A stretch of DNA of 64,000 nucleotides from the human T2T-CHM13v2.0 reference genome, Homo sapiens. The notes beneath the pieces are model-generated. The model did not search any database. It was not told where the DNA came from and was given only the letters and a program-made list of their open reading frames with translations. The stretch lies in NCBI RefSeq assembly GCF_009914755.1, contig NC_060926.1, one strand, 5' to 3'. Positions 13,870 to 31,217 of the stretch are shown here, piece by piece (the stretch's first letter is position 1; every line of letters begins with the position of its first letter). The translations under genes were made by a program, and so were the position numbers.

Positions 13870-15542
13870 TACTAGTAGAATATTAGCCATTCACTTTTGT
13901 TTCAGTGATGCGGAATTTTGGCATGCATTATATTTTTTCCTTCTGCCCTCCCTCCCTGCCTTCCTTTCTTCTGTCCTTCTTTTTTTTCTTATCAGTTGAA
14001 AATACCAAAAATGAAACTTTTCTAGGAGAAATCTTAAGACTAGTAGAAAGAGCAGGACCTTATTTCACAAGGAACAAGACAACTTTTAAATGCCCAGGGA
14101 TTTTTTTCAGAAATATAATTGTGCACAATAACTCACACATCTGAGAATCTAAGGTAAATTTATCACCTCATAGTCATTGATTCATAGCATGCAAAATCTT
14201 TAAAACTTCAAGAGCAAATAAAAATGTGTTTTAAATTTGACCTTAAATTTTGGGGGAAAGGGTACAGAAGTTGTTTCCTGCTGTTAACAAAAGACAGTAT
14301 TTCAGGACTATAAAACAAAGATTTTTGGTTAAAGAAGACATGCAATATCTAAGGATTATCTTCAACTTTTACTCCACATTTAGTGAACATTCTAACTTTA
14401 AAAAAAAAAACATTTTATAGCAGCATCCAACAAAAATAACACTGGCAAGACCTCAGAGTTCTCATAAAACCAGGACAAGTTTGCAACAGAGGAAAGGACA
14501 GAATTGTTCTGATTGTACAAAGAATAGACTGTAGGAAGAAGGTTCCAAGATGGCCGAATAGGAACAGCTCCAGTCTACAGCTCCCAGTGTGAGCGACACA
14601 GAAAGACAGGTGATTTCTGCATTTCCAACTGAGGTACTGGGTTCATCTCACTGGGGTTTGTTGGACAGTGGGTGCAGCCCTTGGAGCATGAGCTGAAACA
14701 GGGTGGGGTATTGCCTCACCCGGGAAACAGAAGGGGTCACGGAATTCCCTTTCCTAGCCAAGGGAAGACAGACAGTACCTGGAAAATCGGGACATCCCCA
14801 CCCTAATACTATGCTTTTCCAACAATCTTAGCAAGCAGCACACCAGGAGATTATATCCCACGCCTGGCTCAGAGGGTCCCATGCCCACAGAGCCTCACTC
14901 ACTGCTAGCACAGCAGTCTGAGATCAAACTGCAAGGCAGCAGTGAGGCTAGGGGAGGGGCGTCCACCATTGCTGAGGCTTGAGTAGGTAAACAAAGTGGC
15001 TGGGAAGCTCAAACTGCATGGAGCCCACTGCAGCTCAGGGAGGCCTGCCTGCCTCTGTAGACTCCACCTTTGGGGCAGGGCATAGCTGAACAAAAGGCAG
15101 CAGAAACTTCTGCAGACTTAAACGTCCCTGTCTGACAGCTTTGAAGAGAGTAGTGGTTCTCCCAGCACGGAATTTGAGATCTAAGAACGAACAGACTGCC
15201 TTCTCAAGTGGGTCCCTGACCCCGAGTAGCCTAACTGGGAGGTAACTTCCAGTAGAGGCCAACTGACACCTCATATGGCTGGGTGCCCCTCTGAGATGAA
15301 GCTTCCAGAGAAAGGATCAGGCAGCAACATTTGCCATTCTGCAATATTTGCTGTTCTGCAGCCTCCACTGGTGATACCCAGGCAAACAGGGTCTGGAGTG
15401 GACCTCCAGCAAACTCCAACAGACCTGCAGCTGAGGGTCCTGACTGTTAGAAGGAAAACTAACAAACAGAAAGAACATCCGCACCAAAACCCCATCTATA
15501 CGTTACCATCATCAAAGACCAAAGGTAGATAAAACCACAGAG

Positions 15543-16568
15543 ATGGGGAGAAACCACAGCAGAAAAGCTGAAAATTCTAAAAATCAAAGCGCCTCTTCTC
15601 CTCCAAAGAAACGCAGCTCCTCGCCAGCAACAGAACAAAGCTGGATGGATAATGACTTTGATGAGTTCAGAGAAGAAGGCTTCACAAGAACAGTAATAAC
15701 AAATTTCTCTGAGCTAAAGGAGGATGTTCGAACCCATCACAAACAAGCTAAAAACCTTGAAAAAAGATTAGTTGAATGGCTAACTAGAATAAACAGCATA
15801 GAGAAGACCTTAAATGACCTGATGGAGCCGAAAACCATGGCACGAGAGCTTCATGACATATGGACAAGCTTCAGTAGCCAATTTGATCAAGTGGAAGAAA
15901 GGGTATCAGTGATTGAAGATCAAATGAATGAAATGAAGCAAGGAGAGAAGTTTAGGGAAAAAAGAGTAAAAAGAAACGAATAAAGCCTCCAAGAAATATG
16001 GGACTATGTGAAAAGACCAAATCTACGTCTGATTAGTGTATCTGAAAGTGATGGGGAGAATGGAACCAATTTGGAAAACACTCTTCAGGATATTATCCAG
16101 GAGAACTTCCCCAACCTCGCGAGGCAGGCCAACATTCAAATTCAGGAAATACAGAGAACGCCACAAAGATACTCCTCGAGAAGAGCAACTCCAAGACACA
16201 TAATTGTCAGATTCACCAAAGCTGAAATGAAGGAAAAAATGTTAAGGGCAGCCAGAGAGACAGGTCCGGTTACCCACAAAGGGAAGCCCATCAGACTAAC
16301 AGCTGATCTCTCAGCAGAAACTCTACAAGCCAGAAGAGAGTGGGGGCCAATATTCAACATTCTGAAAGAAAAGAATTTTCAACCAGGAATTTCATATCCA
16401 GCCAAACTAAGCTTTCTAAGTGAAGGAGAAATAAAATCCTTTACAGACAAGCAAATGCTGGGAGATTTTGTCACCACCAGGCCTGCCTTACAAGAGCTCC
16501 TGAAGGAAGCACTAAACATGGAAAGGAATAACCGGTACCAGCCACTGCAAAAACATACCAAATTGTAA
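15543..16568 (+). pseudogene. L1 ORF1p with one in-frame stop (TAA at 15981-15983)
   Basis: ORFs 15543-15983 and 16008-16568 are in the same frame and match ORF1p (RPNLRLI, REWG, YPAKLS motifs). Confidence 0.96.
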
Positions 16569-16631
16569 AGACCATCGATGCTAGGAAGAAACTGCATCAA
16601 CTAACGAGCAAAATAACCAGCAAACATCATA

Positions 16632-20464
<3,833 letters not shown>

Positions 20465-20722
20465 ACAATGAGAACACTTGGACACAGGATGGGGAACATC
20501 ACAAACTGGGGCCTGTCGTGGGGTGGGGGGAGAGGGGAGGGATAGCATTAGGAGATATACCTAATACAAATGATGAGTTAATGGGTGCAGCACACCAACA
20601 TGGCACATGTATGCATATGTAACAAACCTTTTTTGTACATATGTATGCATATGTACAAATGTTGTGCACATGTACCCTATAACTTAAAGTATAATAATAG
20701 AAAAAAAAAAGAATAGACTGTA

Positions 20723-21000
20723 AAGGAACAAGAGTAGAGGAAGGGAGATGGCTTAGGAAATCCTTGGGGTCATTCAAGCAAGACATGATGATGACTTGAA
20801 TCAGGATGGTAGCAGGGAGGAGGATGAAAAGTGGTTGGATTTGGAAAATAGTTCAGAGGTAAACTGATAGAACTTACTATTAGATGAGATATGGGGTATG
20901 AGGTAGAAAAATAAGTAGAGGGTAAGTCCTAGGTTTGGGGTCAAAGTGACTGGAAGGACTGTGGTGTCACTTATGGAAATGGGGAAAGTTCATGTTGCAA
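20723..21000 (-). mobile_element. L2 fragment split by the full-length L1
   Basis: AAGAGTAGAGGAAGGGAGA...GATGATGACTTGAATCAGGATGGTAGCAG...AAGTGGTTGGATTTGG is typical antisense L2 body. Confidence 0.7.
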
Positions 21001-21409
21001 GCTAAGTAGATATCCGCCAAGTAGGCTGGAGACAAATGGTATTCCAAAGCCACCATCGTAAGCCAAGGCCTAAAGGTTTTAAGGAGCCTGGCATGTCCAT
21101 GGAAGGAGAACATGTTTGAAATTAAAGACATGGAGAATACTAGATGAGGACAGGGAAGGTTGACAGGTGGAGTGGAGGATGTTGCCAGGAGCTATCTCAC
21201 TAAGATTGAACTAGATTCTTTAGGCTGGAGAGGAATTGAAACTAACCTATTGTTTACAAACTAAACAATAGGTAACATTAAGGTTACAAAATAGGATGTA
21301 AATATTATACAGTATGATAAATCAAAAATAATATAGTCAACACAAACCACATTGAAGGAGTTTGAAAGGGGAGAGTGAATAATAGTTTCTAACACTTGTA
21401 GAGGCTCCT

Positions 21410-21605
21410 AGTTTTTCTTAAGTGTTTTAAGGACTCATTTAATCATCACAGAGCTCCTTTGAGGCATCTGCTATTATTCTTGCCATAACAGATAAGGAGA
21501 CTGAGGCATGGAGAGCTTAAGAAATGTGCCTGACTTCATAGCACTATTGAGTTGTAGAGATAGGATTTGAATGTTTCAGAGTCCACAACTTTTAACTATT
21601 ATCCA
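21410..21605 (-). mobile_element. MIR SINE
   Basis: CTCATTTAATCATCACA...ACAGATAAGGAGACTGAGGCATGGAGAG core. Confidence 0.8.
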
Positions 21606-22906
21606 GAGAGCTAGTCTCTGAACAACATACGAATCTTTATAGCTGGGAGTCAACTTATTCAGAGTGAAACTGAAACACAAGTTAAAAGGACTACTTCCAA
21701 ATGCTTTCTTTATATGATGAAGCCATGTTTATCTGAACTTCAATAACGCATGCAGTTTAAATCTGATTTCCTTTTTTCTATTAAATTTCCTTGAAGTATA
21801 ATTAAGTGGATTTTTTAAAATAGCCCATTGTTATAAAATTATTTTGACAAACCTCCTTTCCTCTCTACAAATTTCTTTCTCTATATATGTGAAAGTGATA
21901 CCTGGAATTAGGTTTACATTTGTGTTTTTGTTTTGGAATAATTTGTTGCTATTTTTTCTTTGTACTTTTCTATAGTGATTAATTTTTAAATTAGGGAACA
22001 TGTATCATGTCAATAAAAAACTACAAAGTGATTATTATAATAAAAGAAAAATGCTGAAGTGGGGATGAGGATTATAAGATTATACCAATCATGAGGGTCA
22101 TTCATTCTGTTCTTACAATTGTTTAAAAAAGAAAAACCCTGTTATCTACAATCCCCCAAAATCTATTCTCTAGGTTTCAAGTATTAATTCTACACATAAA
22201 TGTAATGACTGTCTACTTTTAGCTGCACTACTTGTGAAAATGTAAATACTTCATCATTCACTAGTGTGGCACACATATATATCGGGATAATGATAGAAAA
22301 GCACTTTACAGAAACAGTGTGCCAAATAATGAATTGCAGTAGTCTTGTGGATATTAAATTATTAAACAGGTAGAGGTAAGTTCCTTACATAAAAATTCAA
22401 TCATCTGTGTGATGAAGAGGAAAGACTAACAGTCTATTATAAGAGATAGTGGTGCAGCAGAAAATTATACTGGTAATCAGGGTCATGGAGTCTAGTCCTG
22501 GCTCTGCCATGGAACCCTAAATGTCTTGGTCAAACCACTTTTCTGGAATTTTGTATTCCTACAAAGTGGATAATGAAACTAAATGATCCCAACACATTTA
22601 TCGAACACATGCATTTTTCTCTGCTTTTGCTCCAAAATGCACAACAGACAGGAATTTTTTTAAAAAAGAAATACCACTATAAAAATAACAGGGGGAGAAA
22701 CAACAGAAAACAGAAGTCAAAATGTTGGAGAGTGGGAAGTGGATGTATGAATGGTAACTGACTTAACAAAATACTAGACAGAGGCAGGTAAGAGGAACAA
22801 GAAACAAGTTAATACCCGTTGCACAACTTTGGAAAGACTTAGGAATTGCTCACTCCAAATACTTCTAAAACTGCAGGATATAGTGAAAAACAGAACTGGC
22901 TAAACA

Positions 22907-22907
<1 letters not shown>

Positions 22908-22940
<33 letters not shown>
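22908..22940. repeat. (TG)n microsatellite, about 16 units
   Basis: Directly visible. Confidence 0.98.
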
Positions 22941-22941
<1 letters not shown>

Positions 22942-22995
22942 GGCAAAGGCTGGTGGGGCTGACAGGGAAGGGGTGTAAAAAGAAAAATTCTCTCT

Positions 22996-25900
22996 CAGCC
23001 AGAGAGAAAGGTCGGGTTACCCATAAAGGGAAGCCGATCAGAATAACAGCAGATCTCTCTGCAGAAACCCTATAAGCCAGAAGAGAGTGGAGACCAATAT
23101 TCAACATTCTGAAAGAAAAGAATTTTCAGCCCAGAATTTCATATCCAGCCAAACTAGTCTTCATAAGTGAAGGAGAAAGAAAATCCTTTATAGACAAGCA
23201 AATGCTGAGAGATTTTGTCACCACCAGGCCTACCTTACAAGAACTCCTGAGGGAAGCACTAAATATGGAAAGGAAAAGCTGGTACCAGCCACTGCAAAAA
23301 AATACCAAATTGTAAAGAGCATCAATGCTAGGAAGAAACTGCATCAACTAATGGGCAAAATTACCAGCTAGCATCATAATGACAGGATCAAATTCACACA
23401 TAACAATATTAACCTTAAATGTAAATGGGCTAAATGCACCAATTAAAAGACACAGACTGGCAAATTGCATAAAGATTCAAGACCCATTGGTGTGCTGTAT
23501 TCAGGAGACCCATCTCAGTTGCAAAGACACACGTAGGCTCAAAATAAAGGGATGGAGGAATATTTACTAAGCAAATGGAGAGCAAAAAAAAGCAGGGGTT
23601 ATAATCCTAGTCTCTGATAAAACAGGCTTTAAAGCAACAAAGATCAAAAGAGACAAAGAAGGGCATTACATCATGGTAAAGGGATCAATGCAACAAGAAG
23701 AGCTAACTATCCTAAATATATATGCACCCAATACAGGAGCACCAGATTCATAAAGCAAGTTCTTAGAGACCTACACACTCTTGTGTGTAGAGACCTACAC
23801 AAGACCACACAATAATAGTGGGAGACTTTAACACCCCACTGTCAATATTAGATCAATGAGACAGAAAATTAACAAGGATAATCAGGACTTGAACTCAACT
23901 CTGGACCAACCAGACCTAATAGACATCTACAGAACTCTCCACCCCAAATCAACAGAATATGCATTCTTTTCAGCACCACATTGCACTTATTCTAAAACTG
24001 ACCACATAATTGGAAGTAAAACACTCCTCAGCAAATGCAAAAGAATGGAAATCATAACAGTCTCTTAGACCACAGTGCAATCAAATTAGAACACAGTGCA
24101 ATCAAATTAGAACTCACTCAAAACCACACAACTACATGGAAACTGAACAACCTGCTCCTGAATGACTACTGGGTAAATAACGAAATATAGCAGAAATGAA
24201 TAAGTTCTTTGAAACCGATAAGAAAAAAGACACAATGCACTAGAATCTCTGGGATACAGCTAAAGCAGTGTGTAGAGGGAAATTTATAGCACTAAATGCC
24301 CACAGGAGAAAGTGGGAAAGATCTAAAATAGACATCCTGAAAGCACAATTAAGAGAACTAGAGAAGCAAGAGCAAACCAATTTAAAAGTTAGCAGAAGAC
24401 AAGAAATAACTAAGACCAGAGCACAGCTGAATGAGATAGAGACATGAAAAACCCTCCAAAAAAATCAATGAATCCTGGAACTGGTGTTTTGAAAACATAA
24501 CAAAATAGACTGCTAGCCAGACTAATAAAGAAGAAAAGAGAGAAGAATAAAATAGACACAATAAAAAATGATAAAGGGGATATCACCACTGATCCCACAG
24601 AAATACAAGCTACCATCAAAGAATACTATAAACATCTCTACACAAATAAACTAGAAAATCTAGAAGAAATGGACAAATTCCTGGACACATAACACCCTCC
24701 CAAGACTAAACCAGGAAGAAGTCAAATCCCTGAATAGACCAATAACAAGTTCTGAAATTGAGGCAGTAATTAATAGCCTACCAACCAAAAAAAACCCAGG
24801 ACCAGACGGATTCACAGCCGAATTCTACCAGAGGTACAAAGAGGAGATGGTACCATTCCTTCTGAAACTATTCCAAACAAAAGAAAAAGAGGGACTCCTC
24901 CCTAACTCTTTTTATAAGGCCAGCATCATCCTGATTCCAAAACCTGACAAAGACACAACAAAAAAGGAAAATTTCAGGCCAATATCCCTGATGAACATCG
25001 TTGCGAAAATCCTCAATAAAATACTGGCAAACTGAATCCAGCAGCATATCAAAAGCTTATCCACCACGATCAAGTCAGCTTCATCCCTGGAATGCAAGGC
25101 TGGTTCAACATACGCAAATCAATAAATGTAATCCATCACATAAACAGAACCAATGACAAAAAAACGCATGATTATCTCAATAGATGCAGAAAGGCCTTCA
25201 AGAAAATTCAACAGACCTTTATCCTAAAAACTCAATAAATTTGGTATTGAAGGAACATATCTCAAAATAATAAGAGCTATTTATGACAGACCAACAGCCA
25301 ATATGGTACTGAATGGGCAAAAGCTGGAAGCATTCTCTTTGAAAACCAGCACAAGAAAAGGATGCCCTCTCCCACTACTCCTATTCAACACAGTATTGGA
25401 AGTTCTGGCCAGGGCTATCAGGCAAGAGAAAGAAATAAAGTGTATTTAAATACGAAGAGAGGAAAACAAAATGTTTCTGTTTGCAGATGACATCATTGTA
25501 TATTTAGAAACCCCATTGTCTCAGCCCAAAATCTCCTTAACCTGATAAGCAACTTCAGCAAAGTCTCAGGATACAAAATCAATGTGCAAACATCACAAGC
25601 ATTCCTATACACCAATAATAGACAAACCAAGAGCCAAATCATGAGTGAACTACCATTCACCATTGCTACAAAGAGAATAAAATACCTAGGAATACAACTT
25701 ACAAGGGATGTGAAGAATGTCTTCAAGGAGAACTGCAAATGACTGGTCAAGGAAATAAGAGAGGACACAAACAAATAGAAAAACATTTCATGCTCATGGA
25801 TAGGAAGAAGCAATATCGTGAAAATGGCCATACTGCACAAAGTAATTTATACATTCAATGCTATCCCCATCAAGCTACCACTGACTTTCTTCACAGAATT

Positions 25901-27421
25901 AGTAAAACCTACTTTAAATTTCATATGGAACCAAAAAAGAGCCCGTATAGCCAAGACAATCCTAAGCAAAAAGAACAAACTGGAGGCATCACACTACCTG
26001 ACTTCAAACAATACTGCAAGGCTACAGTAACTGAAACAGCATGGTACTGGTACCAAAACAGATATATAGACCAGTGGAACAGAATAGAGGCCTCAGAAAT
26101 AATGCCACACATCTACAACCATCTGATCTTTGACAAACCTGACAAAAACAAACAATGGGGAAAGGATTCCCTATTTAATAAATGGTGCTGGGAAAAGTGA
26201 CTAGTCATATGCAGCAAACTGAAACTGTACCCCTTCCTTACAGCTTATACAAAAATTAACTCAACTTGGATTTAAGACTTAAATGTAAGACCTAAAACCA
26301 TAAAAACCCTAGAAAGAAACCTAGACAATACCATTCAGGACGTAGGCATGGGCAAAGACTTCATGACTAAAACATCAAAAGCAAAGACAACAAAAGCCAA
26401 AATTGACAAATGGTAGCTAATTAAACTAAAGAGCTTCTGCACAGCAATAGAAACTATCATCAGAGTTAACAAGCAACCTACAGAATGGGAGAAAATTTCT
26501 GCAATCTATGCATCTGACAAAGGGCTAATATCCAGAATCTACAAGGAACTTAAACAAATTTACAAGAGTAACCAAACAACCCCATCAAAAAGTGGGCAAA
26601 GGATATGAACAGACACTTCCCAAAAGAAGACATTTATTTAGCCAACACATATATGAAAAAAACCTCATCACCACTAGTCATTAGAGAAATGCAAATCAAA
26701 GCCACAATGAGATACCATCTCATGCCAGTTAGAATGGCAATCATTAAAAAGTCAGGAAACAACAGATGCTGGAGAGGATGTGGAGAAATAGGAATGCTTT
26801 TACACTGTTGGTGGGAGTGTAAATTAGTTCAACCACTGTGGAAGACAGTGTGGCGATTCCTCAAGGATCTAGAACCAGAAATACCATTTGACCCAGCAAT
26901 CCCATTACTGGCTATATACCCAAAGGATTATAAATCATTCTACTATAAAGACACATGCACACATATATTTATTGCAGCACTGTTCATAATAGCAAAGACT
27001 TGGAACCAACCCAAATGCCCATGAATGATAGCCTGGATAAAGAAAAGGTGGCACATATACAACATGGAATACTATGCAGCATAAAAAAGGGTGAGTTCAT
27101 GTCCTTTGCAGGGACATGGTTAAAGCTGGAAAACATCATTCTCAGCAAACTAACACAGGAACAGAAAGCCAAACCCTGCATGTTCTGACTCATAAGTGGG
27201 AGTTGAACAATGAGAACACATGGACACAGGGAGGGGAACATCACACACCGGGGCCTGTCAGTGGGTGGGGGGACAGGGAAGTGATAGCATTAGGAGAAAT
27301 ATTAATGTAAATGACGGGTTGATGGGTGCAGCAAACCACCATGGCACGTGTATACCTATGTAACAAACATGCACGTTCTGCACATGTATCCCAGAACTTA
27401 AAGTATAATTTTTTTAAAAAA
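22996..27421 (+). mobile_element. 5'-truncated L1PA (about L1PA7), starting mid-ORF1; ORF2 heavily disrupted
   Basis: Begins CAGCCAGAGAGAAAGGTCGGG (ORF1), ORF2 ATG at 23379. The 3'UTR GCAAACCACCATGGCAC...TGTATCCCAGAACTTAAAGTATAAT marks an older subfamily than the upstream copy. Only a degenerate TSD (AAAAAG..AAATTCTC). Confidence 0.96.
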
Positions 27422-27871
27422 GGATAAATTCTCATCTTTCATAATAAGGAATTTATAGGTAACGTATAAAACTAAAGAGCAAAGACATAGCAATAAAGCA
27501 TGTTACTTGGAAATATAGAATTAAATACCAGAATGTGTAGCTCAAAGTGTTGCAAATGGTTGTCTTAGCTTATAGGGAAGTGAAATGGGATTGGATGTGT
27601 CAGGGTTCTGCTGCTTTTTATAGTAAACTCACTGTTGTTTTTGACTTTTAAAAACATATATACATATATATTATCTTTTCTAGCATGTATGTTTTACTTT
27701 TAACAAATTTTCATTTATCTATGGAAGCAATCTTCAAGCCTACAAACGTGCCAGGAAAACTTGATTTTTACCTTTGGATGCACTAAACTACAAACATTTT
27801 TATATTATATCTTAAAGTCAGAAAGAGAAACATACGTTTGAAAATAAAGTGATCATATAGAAGTTAGATCA

Positions 27872-28190
27872 GGCCGTCACGATGGCTCACAGCTGTAATT
27901 CCAGTACTTCGCAATGCCAAGGTGAGCAGATGGCTTGAGCCCAGGAGTTTGAGACTAGCCAGGGCAACATGGTGAAACCAAGTCTCTACAAAATATACAA
28001 AATTTACCCACAAAAAGCAAGTAGTTGGGCTTGGTGGCACGCGCCTGTAGTACCATCTACTCCAGTGGCTGGGGTGGGAGGATCACTTGAGCCCCTGAGG
28101 CAGAGGTTGCAGTGAATCTTAATCAAGCCACTTCACTCCAGCTTGGGTGACAGAGCAAGGCCCTGTCTCAAACAACAATAACAACAACAA
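27872..28190 (+). mobile_element. AluJ with TSD AAGTTAGATCA
   Basis: GCTTGAGCCCAGGAGTTTGAG J-type signature and (AAC)n tail; TSD at 27861-27871 and 28191-28201. Confidence 0.93.
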
Positions 28191-30128
28191 AAGTTAGATC
28201 AGCAAACATGCTAGGTTTTTGTTGTGTTTTTTGTTTGTTTGTTTTTTAATGTTCACCAGTTGAAGTCTGAGTGATTAGGGAATCTTGAACCTGGATTTTG
28301 AACTATACTATCAACAGCTTTAACTCCTTCCTCTCTCACTTCCCCAGTAATCCAGTTTTATAAAATTTAGATGAGGTTAGAATCTGTCATTTGTTATAGA
28401 GTAATGATTTGGTTATTATTATGTATAATAATTTAATATTAATATTACTAAAAACTAATTTAATTTATAATAATTTAATTATTATTATTATTGTAGGGCC
28501 ATGATCGCAGTCATTGTTTCTCCATGTTGTAAGTCACAGTTTGGGAATATGCAGGCTATTTGGATTTATTTAATCCTTCTGTGCCTTTCCCCATTGTGTG
28601 ACTTCATGTGGCCTCCTTACCGGCCTAACTGGCCTTTACTGGGAAGCCTGTCAGTACAGCTACTATTTAATAACACTTGGGCTGTCAAAATTCTTTCCTT
28701 TGTCAGAAGGACACCCTCCCAACTCCCTACCCCCACATCCTTGGAATAATATGTTAGAATGACAGCAACTCATGATGGAGCATATGTGCTCTATATCCTT
28801 TTGTTTTTCTTCTATCAGCAACAGGTATGTCATTAATGCTCACAAAACTGTTTAATCCTTTAAGCCTTGGTAAATTACTTGTTAAAATTATCTCCTAAAT
28901 GAGTGATTTCTGTACATTATTCAATACTACCAAAACATATTCAGTCATTATTTTTAAATTTATTCACAGGCAGTTTCATAAAGCCTTCTCTTGGCCTTTT
29001 ATTCTATTGAGAAAGATTAAAAATAATGTAACCTAAAACAGTTCTTTTTTATTTGTTATTCATTTTAACCTCATCCCTAAATGAGACTTTGGCAATATAA
29101 TCATCATCTAGTACATATTCAAAGTACACTCAAAATTTGGTGATTCCTTCACTAGCCATTGATCTAATTTAATCTATATTAAGGAGGGGAAGCTCTTACA
29201 TTACATACTATTTCATGATGTCAAAAGATAATGGTTGATCACAGGAACCACACCCTTCCCCTCAAAGGAAGAAAATTAAGGAGAAGTTACTGTTTCTTTC
29301 ATGTGCCCATTTTCTTTACAGGACACAACTGATAAAAGTTTTCCGGAAAATAAATGGCCAAACTGATACTTCTTATCTTTTGAAAATTTAGAATTCATAG
29401 ATACTTTGATTACTACAATTAAAAATTATCTAAAAATTGAGCGATTGGGATAGGGTTTAGCAGGGGGATTAGAGTGAGGTTTGAGGGTCCAGCTGATGGA
29501 ATGTAGGAAGAGTAACAGGAAATGACTGTGGCCCACCAAGACACACTGGAGGTTTGATGATTGCTTTACCAGCTATTGCTGAATATTAGAAGAACAAGAA
29601 GTTCCACTAACACAACCTAAGCTATTACTATAAACTTAAAAGAATTGTTTAAGACCGTGCAAGGCAAAGCAAAAAAAAAAGAAAACTATATAGTCAGAAA
29701 AGGCAATAATGGTAAGTGGAATTTACCAGATGGGATTTTTGCAGAGAAAAGAAAGAGGAGAACAAGAGAACATATAAAGCAAGAAAGGAAAAGAGCTTGT
29801 CAAGAGGCTTTTGTATGAAAAAGAAAAAACTGTAGATAGATGGCTTACTGTTTACAACTGTACATGCTTAAGAGACAACGGGCATATCTAAAATAAGAAT
29901 TAACTTAAAACATCTGGGACCTGTTGTTATTATCTACAACATGTAGCTTTGACAGAGATATCAGAATATTAAACTACAGTAGTTCAGAGACCAGTGTCCC
30001 TTTAAGTAGTATTTGAAAATATACTTTAAGGGAGATCTACATCAAAATCTGATAATTTATCTGGTCTGGAATGCTCTCTTTGAAATTTACCTTATTAATA
30101 AATTACTAGCAAAATAAATTTTGTTTTC

Positions 30129-30545
30129 TGATATATATTGGGTATTTGTACCCTCCAAATCTCAAGTTGAATATAATCCCCAGGGTTGACGGTGGGGCCT
30201 GGTGGGAGTTGATTGGGTCCCATGGGGCAGATCCCTCATGAACAGCTTGGTGCCCTCCTCACAGTAATGAGTGAGTCCTCACTCTGACTTCACATGACAT
30301 CTGGTATTTTAAGAGTGGGGCACGTTCCCCCTTCTCTCTCTTGTTCACTCCTGCCATGTGATACACCAGCTCCCCTTTTGCCTTCCTCCATGATTAGACG
30401 TTTCCTGAGGACTTACCAGAAGCTAGGCAGATGCTGATGCCATGCTTGTACAGCCTGCAGAACTGTGAGCCAAATAAACCTCTTGTCTTCACAAATTACC
30501 CAGCCTCAGGTATTTCTTTATAGCAACACATAACAGACTAACAGA
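30129..30545 (+). mobile_element. MaLR solo LTR (MSTB-like)
   Basis: TGATAT...CCAAATCTCA...GGTGGGGCCTGGTGGGAG...GAACTGTGAGCCAAATAAACCTCTT...TTACCCAGCCTCAGGTATTTCTTTATAGCAAC. Confidence 0.93.
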
Positions 30546-31217
30546 GTTTTTTAAATTTTTGTTTAATAAAAAATTATTTAATTTATTAATTTAAATAATA
30601 GCTTATTTAAATTAATTATTAAATTTTATTGATTTCTAAAATTGTATTAATTTTTTCTAATGAGTATGCCCTGTATTCTATGGTGGCAACAAAACTTACC
30701 AGTATAATGAGTTCTTTAAGTTTCGATAGCCCTAATCAACTCTGATATGCTATTATCTCATGCAGGTTTCATTTTCCCATATTTATCCTTAATATCTATA
30801 GAGGTAGAGACTAACAGAATTCTCATGACACATCCAACATGGCGTAAGTTTTAGTTTGGAATTGCCTAATAAACAATATCTCACCAGAGTGCAAAAATTA
30901 AAGGTGACATATTACAATTTGAAAAACGTAAAACAAATGATTTTTAAAACTAGTTAAGCTACTTTTTAAAATCATAAAGTGATGTTTAATAATACATTGG
31001 GACAAAATAAAGGAAACTGCCTTGGGGGATTAAGAAAAAACAACACTACACTGTAAAGAGAAGCACAAATATAGACAAGCTTATGGAGAGTAACAGCCCA
31101 CCATCTACTTATGCTTTTCACTTACAGCTCTATTATGCTCTTAATTGTGAGGTCTAGTAAGACCACAACTTGTTGATTGCCGAAACAGGAGGGCTACACA
31201 TAGGATCATCATACAGT

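Noticed and set aside
14895-14969. L1 antisense ORF0
   Set aside because: The ATG is retained (MVDAPPLASLLPCSLISDCCASSE) but a TGA ends it after 24 codons.
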